From an uncultured Clostridia bacterium (GTDB taxonomy: Bacteria > Bacillota > Clostridia > TANB77 > CAG-508), in NCBI GenBank assembly GCA_947594935.1, contig CANQEM010000007.1:1195-65194 (forward strand): a stretch of 64,000 bases of DNA, read 5' to 3'. Under the pieces are notes generated by a model. That model was not told where the DNA came from. It searched no databases and saw only the letters and a list, made by a program, of their open reading frames with translations. Made by a program: the position numbers and the translations under genes. Below, piece by piece: positions 10,604-21,868 of this stretch. The stretch's first letter is position 1; every line of letters starts with the position of its first letter.

Positions 10604-11320
10604 TTATTTTACACTTTGAGCATATTTATAGTTTAGTATTCCAGTATATTTTGGAATTGTAAGCTTATTTGATTTCTCAAATTTTACTTGTATTCCCGCT
10701 TCTTCCATTTTTTCTAAGTATCCGCCAGTTCTCCTCAAATTTGCAAAATTTTCTGGTAATCCGATTGCTTTTATCACAAAAGGTGAACCTATTTTTTCTC
10801 CATTAACTGTAATAATATTTCCACCACATTCTATTGCAGATGTTGATACAATTCTTTGTTCATTTACAGATATAGCTTCTGCTCCCGCATTTTTCAATTC
10901 ATTTATAATTGCAAATATATCTAAATCATGTACTACTAATAAAGATGGATCTAATACTTTGCTTGATTCAATGTTACTATCTGCTACTCTAATAATTGCC
11001 CCTGGTCCTGTAACTTCTGTAAGTCCAATCAATTTGTTTCCTTCTTTAATTTGATTTCTTGCATCTTCTAAATCTGTGTTTTGATCAGTAGCTTCTTCTA
11101 TTTTGCCTTCCAAAGTTTTGTCAAGATTGTCAATTTCTTTTAATAAATGTTCATAGCGCTCTTTATATCTTAGCACTTCTGCACGTAAGTTTTTTTGGTC
11201 GTAGTTTTGCCCAATTTTTGTGCTATACTGCTTAACAGTTTTCATTTGAACACAGATGCAGAAAGTTAAAGCCAAGCACATAATGCCAAGTACACAGCTG
11301 ATGATTTTCTTATTTGCCAT
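10604..11320 (-). CDS. DUF881 domain division-associated protein (paralog)
   Basis: Same architecture as 9875..10579 (LKNAGAEAISVNEQRI vs LREAGAEAICINNERI). Confidence 0.7.
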   Translation of the reverse strand: MANKKIISCVLGIMCLALTFCICVQMKTVKQYSTKIGQNYDQKNLRAEVLRYKERYEHLLKEIDNLDKTLEGKIEEATDQNTDLEDARNQIKEGNKLIGLTEVTGPGAIIRVADSNIESSKVLDPSLLVVHDLDIFAIINELKNAGAEAISVNEQRIVSTSAIECGGNIITVNGEKIGSPFVIKAIGLPENFANLRRTGGYLEKMEEAGIQVKFEKSNKLTIPKYTGILNYKYAQSVK

Positions 11321-11341
11321 TTTTAATTCCTTTCTAGGATA

Positions 11342-12322
11342 CTAAACTTTTTGTTTAAAACGTGGTCTAAAATTATTATTTAAGTCGCCATTAACATAGA
11401 TCTCTCCTTCTATGCCCTTATTGTCGTTTATGATAGCTTGTACCCATAAAATTTTGTTGTTTAAGTTTGATTTATCTCCTAGATAAACCGTCTTTTTCTC
11501 TTGTTCTAGCCTTATTGTATATTCATTTTTTTCTGTTATATCAATGCTATCTATTGCTTGTTCCATGTTGTTATTTTTCCAAATATCCATAATTTGAAGT
11601 ACTGTTTCTAATTTTTCTAAATCTTCACTATTTAGCCTATTCCCTGGTGTGATTTCTTCTTCTGATGTGCAAATTCCTTGTATTGTTGGAATTGGTAATT
11701 TGCTTTCTGCGATTTCTAATATATATCCTTGATTGTTGATATATGCAAATTCGTTCATAAATTGAATATTGAAATTTCTTTCTCTTTCTTGCACTTCTAT
11801 TTTTACTTTACTTGGTAAAGCTCTTTTTACTTTTGCCGTTTCTATATATGGATGTTCTTCGATTTTTTCTTCTATTTGAAGATTTATAAATTTAAATATA
11901 TTTTGGTCTTTCGATAATTCTGATAAACTAACTATTGTGTCTGATGAAATTAGCTGATTTCCTGAAACTTCTATTTCTTGGATATTAAATATTGGGGATA
12001 CAAGTGCAAAAGTAATTCCACCAGCTAATAAAATTATGATTCCTAACCATTTTAAAATTTTTTTAATTCTTTTTTTCTTTTTCTGTTTCTTCCTTTCCTG
12101 TTGCTCTAACTGTTTTTGAATTGCTTGCCTTTTTCTTTGGTTGTTTTTATTTGTCATTCCTATAACAGTTTCAGTTTCAAAATCAAATTCTTGTGTATCA
12201 TTTTCGACATTTTTTTGGTTTTCTTTGATACGTTTTTCTCTTTCCCTTGCTTTTTTCTTTTCTTGCTTAATCTTGTCTTTCTGCCTTTTTTCTAAGGGTT
12301 CACTATAATACAAGTTATTCAA
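11342..12322 (-). CDS. divIB: cell division protein DivIB/FtsQ (POTRA)
   Basis: K/E-rich cytoplasmic tail, TM (WLGIIILLAGGITFALV), then POTRA-like IQEIEVSGNQLIS. TTG at 12322 follows GGGGGGAAAAAA. The track start at 12388 has no RBS. Confidence 0.7.
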   Translation of the reverse strand: MNNLYYSEPLEKRQKDKIKQEKKKAREREKRIKENQKNVENDTQEFDFETETVIGMTNKNNQRKRQAIQKQLEQQERKKQKKKKRIKKILKWLGIIILLAGGITFALVSPIFNIQEIEVSGNQLISSDTIVSLSELSKDQNIFKFINLQIEEKIEEHPYIETAKVKRALPSKVKIEVQERERNFNIQFMNEFAYINNQGYILEIAESKLPIPTIQGICTSEEEITPGNRLNSEDLEKLETVLQIMDIWKNNNMEQAIDSIDITEKNEYTIRLEQEKKTVYLGDKSNLNNKILWVQAIINDNKGIEGEIYVNGDLNNNFRPRFKQKV

Positions 12323-12445
12323 TTTTTTCCCCCCAACTATTATATATTCTTTCGTGCCTATTTTATCATAAATAAAAAAAAGACGCAATACAATAAACTA
12401 AAATTTTAATTATAAAAGAGCAGTGCCTTACACTACTCTACTAAA

Positions 12446-13702
12446 TTAAAATATATTTGTTACTTCAATTTCTCCACCTAGACTTCTAATTTTTCTGTCA
12501 AAATTTTCATATCCACGCAAAATGTATTCTATGTTTTCTATAACTGTTGTTCCTTTTGCTGATAAACCTGCAAGTACTAAAGCTGCCCCGCCTCGCAAGT
12601 CTGTTGCCTTAACATTTGCTCCATATAGTTTTCTAACCCCTCTTATAATTGCACTCTTGCCCTCTACTGTTATTTTTGCTCCCATTTTATTAAGTTCTTG
12701 AACATATTTATATCTATTTTCAAATATGTTTTCAACAATAATTGTGGTTCCCTTTGCAATTGTAAATGTTGTTGCCATTATTGACTGCATATCTGTTGGA
12801 AAACCTGGATATGGCATTGTTTTTATATCAATTGATTTTAATTTTTTTGGTGCTTCAAGTTTAATGTTTTCTCCTTTTATTTCGATTTTGCAACCTGCTT
12901 CTTCTAGTTTATTGATTACTGGTGTTATGTGCATTGGGTTAGCTTTTTCTAATTCAATTTTTCCTCCTGTAATTGCTGATATGCAAAGAAATGTACCTGC
13001 CTCAATTCTATCTGGCATGATATTATAACTGATTTCTTTTAACCTTTTTACTCCTTCAATTTCTATTTTATCTGTTCCTGCACCTTTAACTTTTGCTCCC
13101 ATTTTATTAAGAAATTCTTGTAAGTCAATGATTTCTGGCTCTCTTGCAGAATTTGTTATCATAGTTTTTCCTTCTGCAAATATACTCGCTAAAATGGCGT
13201 TTTCAGTTGCTCCAACACTTGGAAAATCTAAATCAATTTTGTTTCCAATTATCTTTTCTGCTGTACATGTTATACTTCCATAAGTTTGGTTGATTTCAAT
13301 ACCTAATTTTTCAAATGCCTTTAAATGTAAATCAATTGGTCTTGCGCCAATATCACATCCGCCTGGGTATGAAAATGCTGCTTTTTTATACCTTCCTACT
13401 ATTGCTCCAACTATGATGACTGATGAACGCATTTTGTGCATTAAAATATCTGGTATTTCATATTTTTCAATATTTGTTGTATCTATTACAGTTTTGTTTT
13501 TCTTTTTTTGCACTGTTCCACCTAATATTTTAATAATTTCATACATCATCTGTGTGTCTTGTATATTTGGAACATTGTATAATGTTGTACAACCTTTTAC
13601 TAGAATTGTTGCTGCAATTATTGGTAAAGCTGCGTTTTTTGAACCTGAGATTTTAACGGTTCCTTCTAGCTTGTTACCTCCTTTTATTATGTAGCTTGAC
13701 AT
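12446..13702 (-). CDS. murA: UDP-N-acetylglucosamine 1-carboxyvinyltransferase
   Basis: 418 aa. KISGSKNAALPIIAA..., PGGCDIGARPIDLHL with the active-site Cys. Confidence 0.93.
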   Translation of the reverse strand: MSSYIIKGGNKLEGTVKISGSKNAALPIIAATILVKGCTTLYNVPNIQDTQMMYEIIKILGGTVQKKKNKTVIDTTNIEKYEIPDILMHKMRSSVIIVGAIVGRYKKAAFSYPGGCDIGARPIDLHLKAFEKLGIEINQTYGSITCTAEKIIGNKIDLDFPSVGATENAILASIFAEGKTMITNSAREPEIIDLQEFLNKMGAKVKGAGTDKIEIEGVKRLKEISYNIMPDRIEAGTFLCISAITGGKIELEKANPMHITPVINKLEEAGCKIEIKGENIKLEAPKKLKSIDIKTMPYPGFPTDMQSIMATTFTIAKGTTIIVENIFENRYKYVQELNKMGAKITVEGKSAIIRGVRKLYGANVKATDLRGGAALVLAGLSAKGTTVIENIEYILRGYENFDRKIRSLGGEIEVTNIF

Positions 13703-13763
13703 GAATTTTCCTCCTTTTTACGTTTTGCTATATATTATGTTTTCTTTACGTAAAAAGTGAAGA

Positions 13764-13796
13764 AAGAGAGACTTCAAAATTTCAAAGTCTCTCTTC
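13764..13796 (-). terminator. hairpin terminator after the SUMF1-like gene
   Basis: AGAGAGACUU...AAGUCUCUCU stem followed by a U-rich tract in the RNA sense. Confidence 0.5.
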
Positions 13797-13815
13797 GGAC
13801 ATGCTTTTAATGATT

Positions 13816-14877
13816 TCATTTGATATAAAGAGCTGCTCTAAATCCTAATGTTAATTTTTCTACTGTTGGTCTTTCTGCATACCTTGTGCTTGGCGAACCA
13901 GGTCCACGCCTATAATGATCTCTGATTACATAGCCATCATATTCTCCGCTTAGACGTCCTCCTTGTCTTCCTTTCTCTTGGGTCCATTCTGTTACATTAC
14001 CTGCAAAGTCATAAAGATTGTGTCTGCGATATTTATCATATTTTCCTGTAACAAATAAGTATTCCTGGACTAAATCTAAATTCTCGTTATATTTGCCATA
14101 ATTCCCCCATTTGGTTACGTTAATGAATTCGTCAAAGCTTCTCTGGAAATCAGTTTGGTAAAACCATGCTATTACTGTATCCTGCTCTGCTCCATAAACT
14201 AGATGGCTCATTACACCATTTCCATTTGCTAATTCTGTGGCAACTGCCCTAGCATTGTAAAAGTTGATATTCGTCCATGGAAGTTGACCTTTTACAGACA
14301 ATGGTACATTACTGCCTTCCCTGTGGGAAATGTCATACCTAGATATAAAAAATCCGCCATACTTTTTTACGCTTTCAACCTGAGATTTCGGAATAGGGTC
14401 TACATATAGATATTTAAATTCACGTACACCATATTCACCACTATTCCTGCCAAACTGAGCTTTTAAATCTTTCCCCATAATCAGTTTCTTTTCTAAAAGT
14501 CCTACCGGTACCCAGACAAACTGATTACAGTTTTTCTTTAAAGAATTTACTGCTTTCTTATCCTCCCAGATACTTTTTGCAAGAATGTTAATAAAGTTCC
14601 ATGGTTGCTTCTCACTCCATCTGTTATAACTTACTCCTGTGATTTGCCGTTTTTCTGGTGGAATCTGATATATTACTAGACCATCATTGACTCCCCATAT
14701 TGTGTTCTCCTGCTTCAGCCCAGATACTGTATATCCCGGTGGAATTATTGCTTTATCGCCATTTTTGTCTGTATAGACAGATAATGTTTTGGCATACTCC
14801 CCAGAAGATACCGTTTCATAGCCCTCTAAATTCTTTTCAAATAACTCTCTTTCCGCATTTCCTTTCCGTTTCATCAT
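13816..14877 (-). CDS. SUMF1/formylglycine-generating-enzyme family protein; GC-richer, foreign-looking
   Basis: The C-terminal FAGNVTEWTQE...LGFRAALYIK pattern is typical of the FGE-sulfatase domain. Codon choice differs from neighbours (CTG, CAG, CCG, AGG). Two uninterrupted in-frame CGG codons at 14866-14868 and 14647-14649. Confidence 0.6.
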   Translation of the reverse strand: MMKRKGNAERELFEKNLEGYETVSSGEYAKTLSVYTDKNGDKAIIPPGYTVSGLKQENTIWGVNDGLVIYQIPPEKRQITGVSYNRWSEKQPWNFINILAKSIWEDKKAVNSLKKNCNQFVWVPVGLLEKKLIMGKDLKAQFGRNSGEYGVREFKYLYVDPIPKSQVESVKKYGGFFISRYDISHREGSNVPLSVKGQLPWTNINFYNARAVATELANGNGVMSHLVYGAEQDTVIAWFYQTDFQRSFDEFINVTKWGNYGKYNENLDLVQEYLFVTGKYDKYRRHNLYDFAGNVTEWTQEKGRQGGRLSGEYDGYVIRDHYRRGPGSPSTRYAERPTVEKLTLGFRAALYIK

Positions 14878-14946
14878 TTTTCCTCCTAAAATTTTTTAGT
14901 GATTTTGTGTTGCAACAGCTTTTGCCATTATGTAAATAATACCATA

Positions 14947-16805
<1,859 letters not shown>

Positions 16806-17115
16806 TTATTATTGTATTTTAAATTTGCACTTACATTATATTATTTGCTAATGTTTATCTCTTTTGGTATTATAATGTTTTTCATCTGTTTTTGTGGTGT
16901 TATCAAGTATTTTTCGATTTTTTTCAAGATACTAATTTCTTCTTTAAAAAATATGGTATTCCATAGTCTTTGCAATTTTGAAAATGTGTTGTCTTTTCGT
17001 ATAATTAAGCCTGTTTCTATCTTTTTATTTACTTGCATTGAAGAAATCAAATGAACCACCTTCTTTAATTCTTTTTCATTATATCAATTAGATTTAATTT
17101 ATTCAATAGTTTTTC

Positions 17116-17144
17116 TTGCATTTTCTAGAAAAATGCTGTATAAT
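17116..17144 (+). promoter_or_regulatory. sigma-A type promoter of asnS
   Basis: TTGCAT, 17-nt spacer, then TATAAT. Lies about 25 nt upstream of the asnS RBS. Confidence 0.6.
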
Positions 17145-17168
17145 CTCTACATATATAGGAGGGGAATT

Positions 17169-18560
17169 ATGGACAAGCTATTTATAAAAAATTTATATCA
17201 AAATTTTAAAGATTATGAGAATAAAGAAGTTACAGTTGAAGCTTGGGTTAAAACTGTTAGAGCTTCTAAGAACTTTGGCTTTATTGAAATAAATGATGGT
17301 ACATATTTTAAAAATGTACAAATTGTTTTTAATGATGATTTATCTAATTTTAATGAAATTTCTAAATTAACAATTAGTTCTTCAATTAAAGTTACTGGAA
17401 AGGTTGTTGTAACTGAGAATGCAAAACAACCTTTTGAAATTCACGCAAGTAAAATTGAAGTTTTCAATTTATGTGATAATCAATATCCTCTTCAAAAGAA
17501 AAGACATTCTTTTGAATATTTGCGTACAATTGCACATCTTCGCCCTAGGGCTAATACATTTAATGCTGTGTTCCGTGTTAGAAGTGTTTTAGCGTATGCA
17601 ATTCATAAATATTTTCAAGAAAAAGGCTTTGTTTATGTTCATACACCAATTTTAACTTCTAGTGACTGCGAAGGTGCTGGTGAAATGTTTAATGTAAATT
17701 CTTTTGATTTGGAAAATGTTCCAAAAACAGAGCAAAATCATGTAGATTTTTCAAAAGACTTTTTTGGAAAACCTGCTCATCTAACTGTTAGTGGTCAATT
17801 AAATGCTGAAACTTACGCTATGGCGTTCCGCAATGTTTACACTTTTGGTCCTACTTTCCGTGCAGAAGATTCTAATACAGTAAAACATGCTGCTGAATTT
17901 TGGATGATAGAACCTGAAATTTGCTTTGCAGATTTAAAAGATGATATGGACATGGCAGAAGATATGATAAAATATATTTTCTCTTATGTTCTAGAACAAT
18001 GTCCAGAAGAAATGGCATTTTTCAATGAATTTATAGACAAAGGTCTATTAGACAGATTGCATAATGTTATTAACTCTGATTTTGGTAGAATAACATATAC
18101 AGATGCAATAAAAGAACTTGAAAAAGCAAATGATAAATTTGAATATAAAGTTTCTTGGGGAGTTGATTTACAAACAGAACACGAGCGTTACCTATGTGAA
18201 CAAGTATTTAAAAAGCCTGTATTTGTAACAGACTATCCAAAAGATATTAAAGCTTTTTATATGAAGCAAAATGCAGATGGTAAAACAGTTGCTGCAACAG
18301 ATCTATTAGTACCTGGAATTGGCGAAATAATTGGTGGTAGCCAGAGGGAAGAAAACTATGATAAATTATTAAAACGTATGGAAGAATTAAATATGCCAAT
18401 TTCTGAATATGAATGGTATTTAGATTTGAGAAAATATGGTAGCTGTGAACATGCTGGTTTTGGTCTAGGTTTTGAAAGAGCAATCATGTACTTAACAGGT
18501 ATGCAGAATATCCGTGATGTACTTCCATTTCCTAGAACTCCTAGAAATTGTGAATTTTAA
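17169..18560 (+). CDS. asnS: asparagine--tRNA ligase
   Basis: Class IIb aaRS with an OB-fold N-terminus plus [21 protein letters not shown] and [15 protein letters not shown] after AGGAGGGG. Confidence 0.92.
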   Translation: MDKLFIKNLYQNFKDYENKEVTVEAWVKTVRASKNFGFIEINDGTYFKNVQIVFNDDLSNFNEISKLTISSSIKVTGKVVVTENAKQPFEIHASKIEVFNLCDNQYPLQKKRHSFEYLRTIAHLRPRANTFNAVFRVRSVLAYAIHKYFQEKGFVYVHTPILTSSDCEGAGEMFNVNSFDLENVPKTEQNHVDFSKDFFGKPAHLTVSGQLNAETYAMAFRNVYTFGPTFRAEDSNTVKHAAEFWMIEPEICFADLKDDMDMAEDMIKYIFSYVLEQCPEEMAFFNEFIDKGLLDRLHNVINSDFGRITYTDAIKELEKANDKFEYKVSWGVDLQTEHERYLCEQVFKKPVFVTDYPKDIKAFYMKQNADGKTVAATDLLVPGIGEIIGGSQREENYDKLLKRMEELNMPISEYEWYLDLRKYGSCEHAGFGLGFERAIMYLTGMQNIRDVLPFPRTPRNCEF

Positions 18561-18597
18561 AAAAATGGCTTCGCTAATATGCGAAGTCATTTTTTTA
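18561..18597. terminator. bidirectional hairpin terminator
   Basis: AAAAAATGGCTTCGC-TAATAT-GCGAAGTCATTTTTTT. Confidence 0.7.
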
Positions 18598-18777
18598 TAC
18601 ATTTGAATTATTTTGAACTTGTTGTGTAGTATTTTCTTCTGGGATGGTCTCCATTTCAAAACCTCTACACCAGTAACCAATTAAAAAGCCAATTACAAAT
18701 GTAACCAAAATCGTTAATATAATTGTTGCTTTCTGCTCTGTTTTGTATAATGATTTGTCATAATATTTCATATCCAT
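18595..18777 (-). CDS. small membrane protein (about 60 aa)
   Basis: One TM helix (IILTILVTFVIGFLIGYW). ATG (MDMKYY) lies about 11 nt after AAGGGA. Confidence 0.4.
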   Translation of the reverse strand: MDMKYYDKSLYKTEQKATIILTILVTFVIGFLIGYWCRGFEMETIPEENTTQQVQNNSNV

Positions 18778-18795
18778 ATTTATTACCATCCCTTT

Positions 18796-20076
18796 CTATT
18801 TTAATTTTTTTATTAAATCGTTTATTGTTAAGCTTTCTTTTTCTCCTGTTTTCATGTTTTCAAGTTCTACAAGTTCACCTTCTTGCCTATCTCCTACAAC
18901 AATCAAATATGGTGTTCCTAAAACTTTGCAGTCTTTCATTTTTGCACCGATTGTAACTGTTTCTCTGTCATCTAAGATTGCTCCAATGTTTTGGTTGTTA
19001 AGTTCTTCATACAGCTTGTTTGCAAATTCTACTTTTTCTGCATTTTCCATTTTTGGAACAATTTGAACTTTGAAAGGTGCAACTGAAAGTGGTAAAACAA
19101 AGCCACATGCTCCCCATTTTGGGTCTTTTATAACAGATTGCTCATATAACGCTGCTAATGTTCTACTAACTCCAATGCCATAACATCCCATGTAATACAA
19201 GGCTTCTTCGCCTTTTGCATTGATATATTTTCCATTCATCATTTCTGAATAACGTGTTCCTAGTTGGAAAATATGTGCTAGTTCCATTGTTCTAATTTCT
19301 TTAAAGTTTGAAATGTCTTCAATTCCATATTCTTCTTTTAAGTATTCTTGATAATTATCTTTCTCCAAAATTTCAGTATTTAAACCTATTTTTGCTTTTT
19401 CATCATAAAGAATTTTATCTTCACCTTGGTCAGAAATTAACATAAATTCTTCTGATTTCTTTCCTCCCATTGCTCCATTATCAGCTACAATTGGCAATAC
19501 ATCTAAGCCGATTTTTTCAAAAATTTCTATAAAAGCTTGTCTTACATTTTTATATGATTTTTCCATTGCAGTTTCATCAAGGTCAAAGCTATAAGCATCT
19601 AGCATTGGGAATGCTTTTCCTCTTAATAAATATCCTCTTGTTCTAATTTCATTTCTATATTTTTCACCTATTTGGTAGAAGGTTGCTGGTAAGTTTTTAT
19701 ATGATTTTAATTTTTCTCTTGCGAATTCAAGCATTGCTTCTTCGCCTGTTGGTGCTAAGCAAAATGTTCCTTTATTTGATTCTGTAATTAACATTGTTCC
19801 GTCATTTACGTAATGGTCATATCTTCCTGAGTTTTTCCAAATTGTATCTGGTTGTAAAGTTGGTAATAATACCTCTATACAGCCATATTTGTTTAAAGTG
19901 TCTACTATTATTTTTTCAATGTTTCTTCTAACTAAAAGTGGTATAGTGCTATATCCAAAAAGCCCTGCACCATATTGAACTAATTGCCCTGTTTGTAATA
20001 AAATACTTTGTCCTGGGTACATCTCATCAATATTAGATAGTTTAGTTGTCCCCATCCCCGTTTTTGATAGTTTCAT
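18796..20076 (-). CDS. proS: proline--tRNA ligase, short form without an INS editing domain
   Basis: Class II motifs (FCLAPTGEE, YQIGEKYRNEIRTRGYLLRGKAF, GCYGIGVSRTLAA) and an anticodon-binding C-terminus. About 426 aa. The 5' end overlaps the scpB 3' end. Confidence 0.7.
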   Translation of the reverse strand: MKLSKTGMGTTKLSNIDEMYPGQSILLQTGQLVQYGAGLFGYSTIPLLVRRNIEKIIVDTLNKYGCIEVLLPTLQPDTIWKNSGRYDHYVNDGTMLITESNKGTFCLAPTGEEAMLEFAREKLKSYKNLPATFYQIGEKYRNEIRTRGYLLRGKAFPMLDAYSFDLDETAMEKSYKNVRQAFIEIFEKIGLDVLPIVADNGAMGGKKSEEFMLISDQGEDKILYDEKAKIGLNTEILEKDNYQEYLKEEYGIEDISNFKEIRTMELAHIFQLGTRYSEMMNGKYINAKGEEALYYMGCYGIGVSRTLAALYEQSVIKDPKWGACGFVLPLSVAPFKVQIVPKMENAEKVEFANKLYEELNNQNIGAILDDRETVTIGAKMKDCKVLGTPYLIVVGDRQEGELVELENMKTGEKESLTINDLIKKLK

Positions 20077-20641
20077 TATTTTCACTCTCCTCGATTAAAT
20101 CATCTATAATTATCTGCCTATTTGCATCTAATTTATATTTCGGAAGTTCTGGCAAATCATTTAAAGATGAATAGCCGAACATCCTTAAAAATTCATTATT
20201 TGTTTTATATGTCATTGGTTTGCCTGGTAAATCTGCTTTTCCGGCTTCTTCAATCAAATTATATTCCATCAATTTATAAATACACGCATCTGCCCCTACT
20301 CCTCTGATTGCTTCAATTTCTGCTCTTGTAACCCTTGGATTGTATGCAATAATTGCCAAAGTTTCAAGTGCGGCATTTGATAAATTGGGCTTTGCACGTT
20401 GGTCTACTATTGGATAAATATATTCATAATATTCTTTCTTAGTAGCCAATTGATATTTCTCATCTATTTTTATTAACTCCACACCGCTTTGCGGGTTTTT
20501 ATTTTTTTCCTCTTGAATTTCTTGTAATAGATGTTCAATTTCATCTTTTGGCAATTCTAATGCCATCATAAGTTGTTCAATACTTACTTCTTTGCCTACT
20601 GCAAATAAAATTGCTTCTATTACTGCTTTTTTGTTTTCCAT
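20042..20641 (-). CDS. scpB: segregation and condensation protein B
   Basis: IEAILFAVGKEVSIEQL...LSNAALETLAIIAYNPRVTRAEIEAIRGV. Confidence 0.88.
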   Translation of the reverse strand: MENKKAVIEAILFAVGKEVSIEQLMMALELPKDEIEHLLQEIQEEKNKNPQSGVELIKIDEKYQLATKKEYYEYIYPIVDQRAKPNLSNAALETLAIIAYNPRVTRAEIEAIRGVGADACIYKLMEYNLIEEAGKADLPGKPMTYKTNNEFLRMFGYSSLNDLPELPKYKLDANRQIIIDDLIEESENNETIKNGDGDN

Positions 20642-20715
20642 ACTTTATCCCTTTTCTTCTTTTTTCATATTTTACTACATATTTTCAATTTTTACAATGT
20701 TTTTTTAGAATTTTA

Positions 20716-20744
20716 TTGCCAATTTTTTTCTTTTGTGATAGTAT
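20716..20744 (+). promoter_or_regulatory. candidate promoter of the por operon
   Basis: TTGCCA, 17-nt spacer, then TAGTAT preceded by TGn (extended -10). Confidence 0.4.
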
Positions 20745-20764
20745 TACACAAAGGAGGTATCCTC

Positions 20765-20959
20765 ATGGAAGAAGATAAAAAAAAGTTAGAAATCGTTTCA
20801 GGTGATGGTGAAGATTTAGACATCTCCCCTGTATACTCACATTTAAATACTGCAAAACCTAAGTGTGGTAATACACCTAAAAATATCGTCATTCCAAAGT
20901 CAAAAGATGAAGATGATGATGACGATGAAAAAGAAGATAAAGAAGGAGGCAATTCATAA
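20765..20959 (+). CDS. small acidic protein (64 aa), first gene of the por operon
   Basis: ATG after AAAGGAGG. Ends in the DEDDDDDEKEDKEGG tail. Its stop overlaps the porG ATG (TAATG). Confidence 0.5.
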   Translation: MEEDKKKLEIVSGDGEDLDISPVYSHLNTAKPKCGNTPKNIVIPKSKDEDDDDDEKEDKEGGNS

Positions 20960-21540
20960 TGAGCAATTTAATTGAAATTAGATGGCATGGTAGAGGCGGT
21001 CAAGGTGCAAAAACAGCATCTTTATTATTAGCTGATGCTGCATTTAATACTGGAAAATATATTCAAGGGTTCCCTGAATATGGTCCAGAAAGAATGGGTG
21101 CTCCAATTACTGCTTATAACAGAATTAGTGATGAACCTATCACAATACATAGCAATATTTATGAACCAGATTACGTGGTAGTTGTAGATGACACTCTTTT
21201 AGAGTCTGTACCTGTTACTAATGGTTTAAAAGAAAGTGGTGCTATTGTTATTAACACTACTAAATCACCAGAATATTTAAAGAAAGTTTTAAATGGCTAT
21301 TCTGGCGAAATTTACACTATTGATGCAAGAAAAGTTTCTATGGAAACACTAGGAAAGTATTTTCCTAATACACCTATGCTTGCAGCAATTGTAAAAGTTA
21401 GCAATATTATGGATGATGAGACATTCTTAAAAGATATGGAAGGTTCTTTTAAACATAAATTTGCTAAAAAACCAGAAGTTATTGATGGCAACATGAAAGC
21501 TATTGAAATGGCTTTAAAAGAAATTAAAAAAGTAAATTAA
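20959..21540 (+). CDS. porG: 2-oxoacid:ferredoxin oxidoreductase gamma subunit
   Basis: IEIRWHGRGGQGAKTASLLLADAA...GFPEYGPERMGAP. Confidence 0.85.
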   Translation: MSNLIEIRWHGRGGQGAKTASLLLADAAFNTGKYIQGFPEYGPERMGAPITAYNRISDEPITIHSNIYEPDYVVVVDDTLLESVPVTNGLKESGAIVINTTKSPEYLKKVLNGYSGEIYTIDARKVSMETLGKYFPNTPMLAAIVKVSNIMDDETFLKDMEGSFKHKFAKKPEVIDGNMKAIEMALKEIKKVN

Positions 21541-21562
21541 ACTTTTAGAAAGGAGTTTTATC

Positions 21563-21868
21563 ATGTCAGAAATTACTAATAAAACACCTATGGATGACTT
21601 AACCATTGGTGGAAATATCTATACCTCTGGAAATGCAAAAAATTTCAAGACAGGTGATTGGAGAAGTCAAAGACCAGTTTTTCATGAAGATAAATGCAAA
21701 CAATGTGGTTTGTGTTTCCCTGTTTGCCCAGAAAATGCAATTCCAGTTGGAAAAGAAGATTTAAAAAGAAAAAATTTCAATTTTGATTATTGCAAAGGTT
21801 GTGGTGTATGCTCTAAGGTATGCCCATTTGGTGCAATAACAATGGAGGAAGAAGGTGTTAATCTATGA
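21563..21868 (+). CDS. porD: 2-oxoacid:ferredoxin oxidoreductase delta subunit (2x[4Fe-4S])
   Basis: CKQCGLCFPVCP and CKGCGVCSKVCP motifs. Confidence 0.85.
   Translation: MSEITNKTPMDDLTIGGNIYTSGNAKNFKTGDWRSQRPVFHEDKCKQCGLCFPVCPENAIPVGKEDLKRKNFNFDYCKGCGVCSKVCPFGAITMEEEGVNL

Noticed and set aside
16841-17059. 72-aa ORF between purA and asnS
   Set aside because: GTG start without a convincing RBS, no recognisable family, and it lies in a promoter region. Not supported as a gene.
17060-17168. T-box or other leader upstream of asnS, T-box upstream of proS, PyrR attenuator upstream of pyrB, purine riboswitch upstream of purA
   Set aside because: The leaders are short and AT-rich, with no specifier or antiterminator-like structures and none of the conserved riboswitch cores I could recognise.
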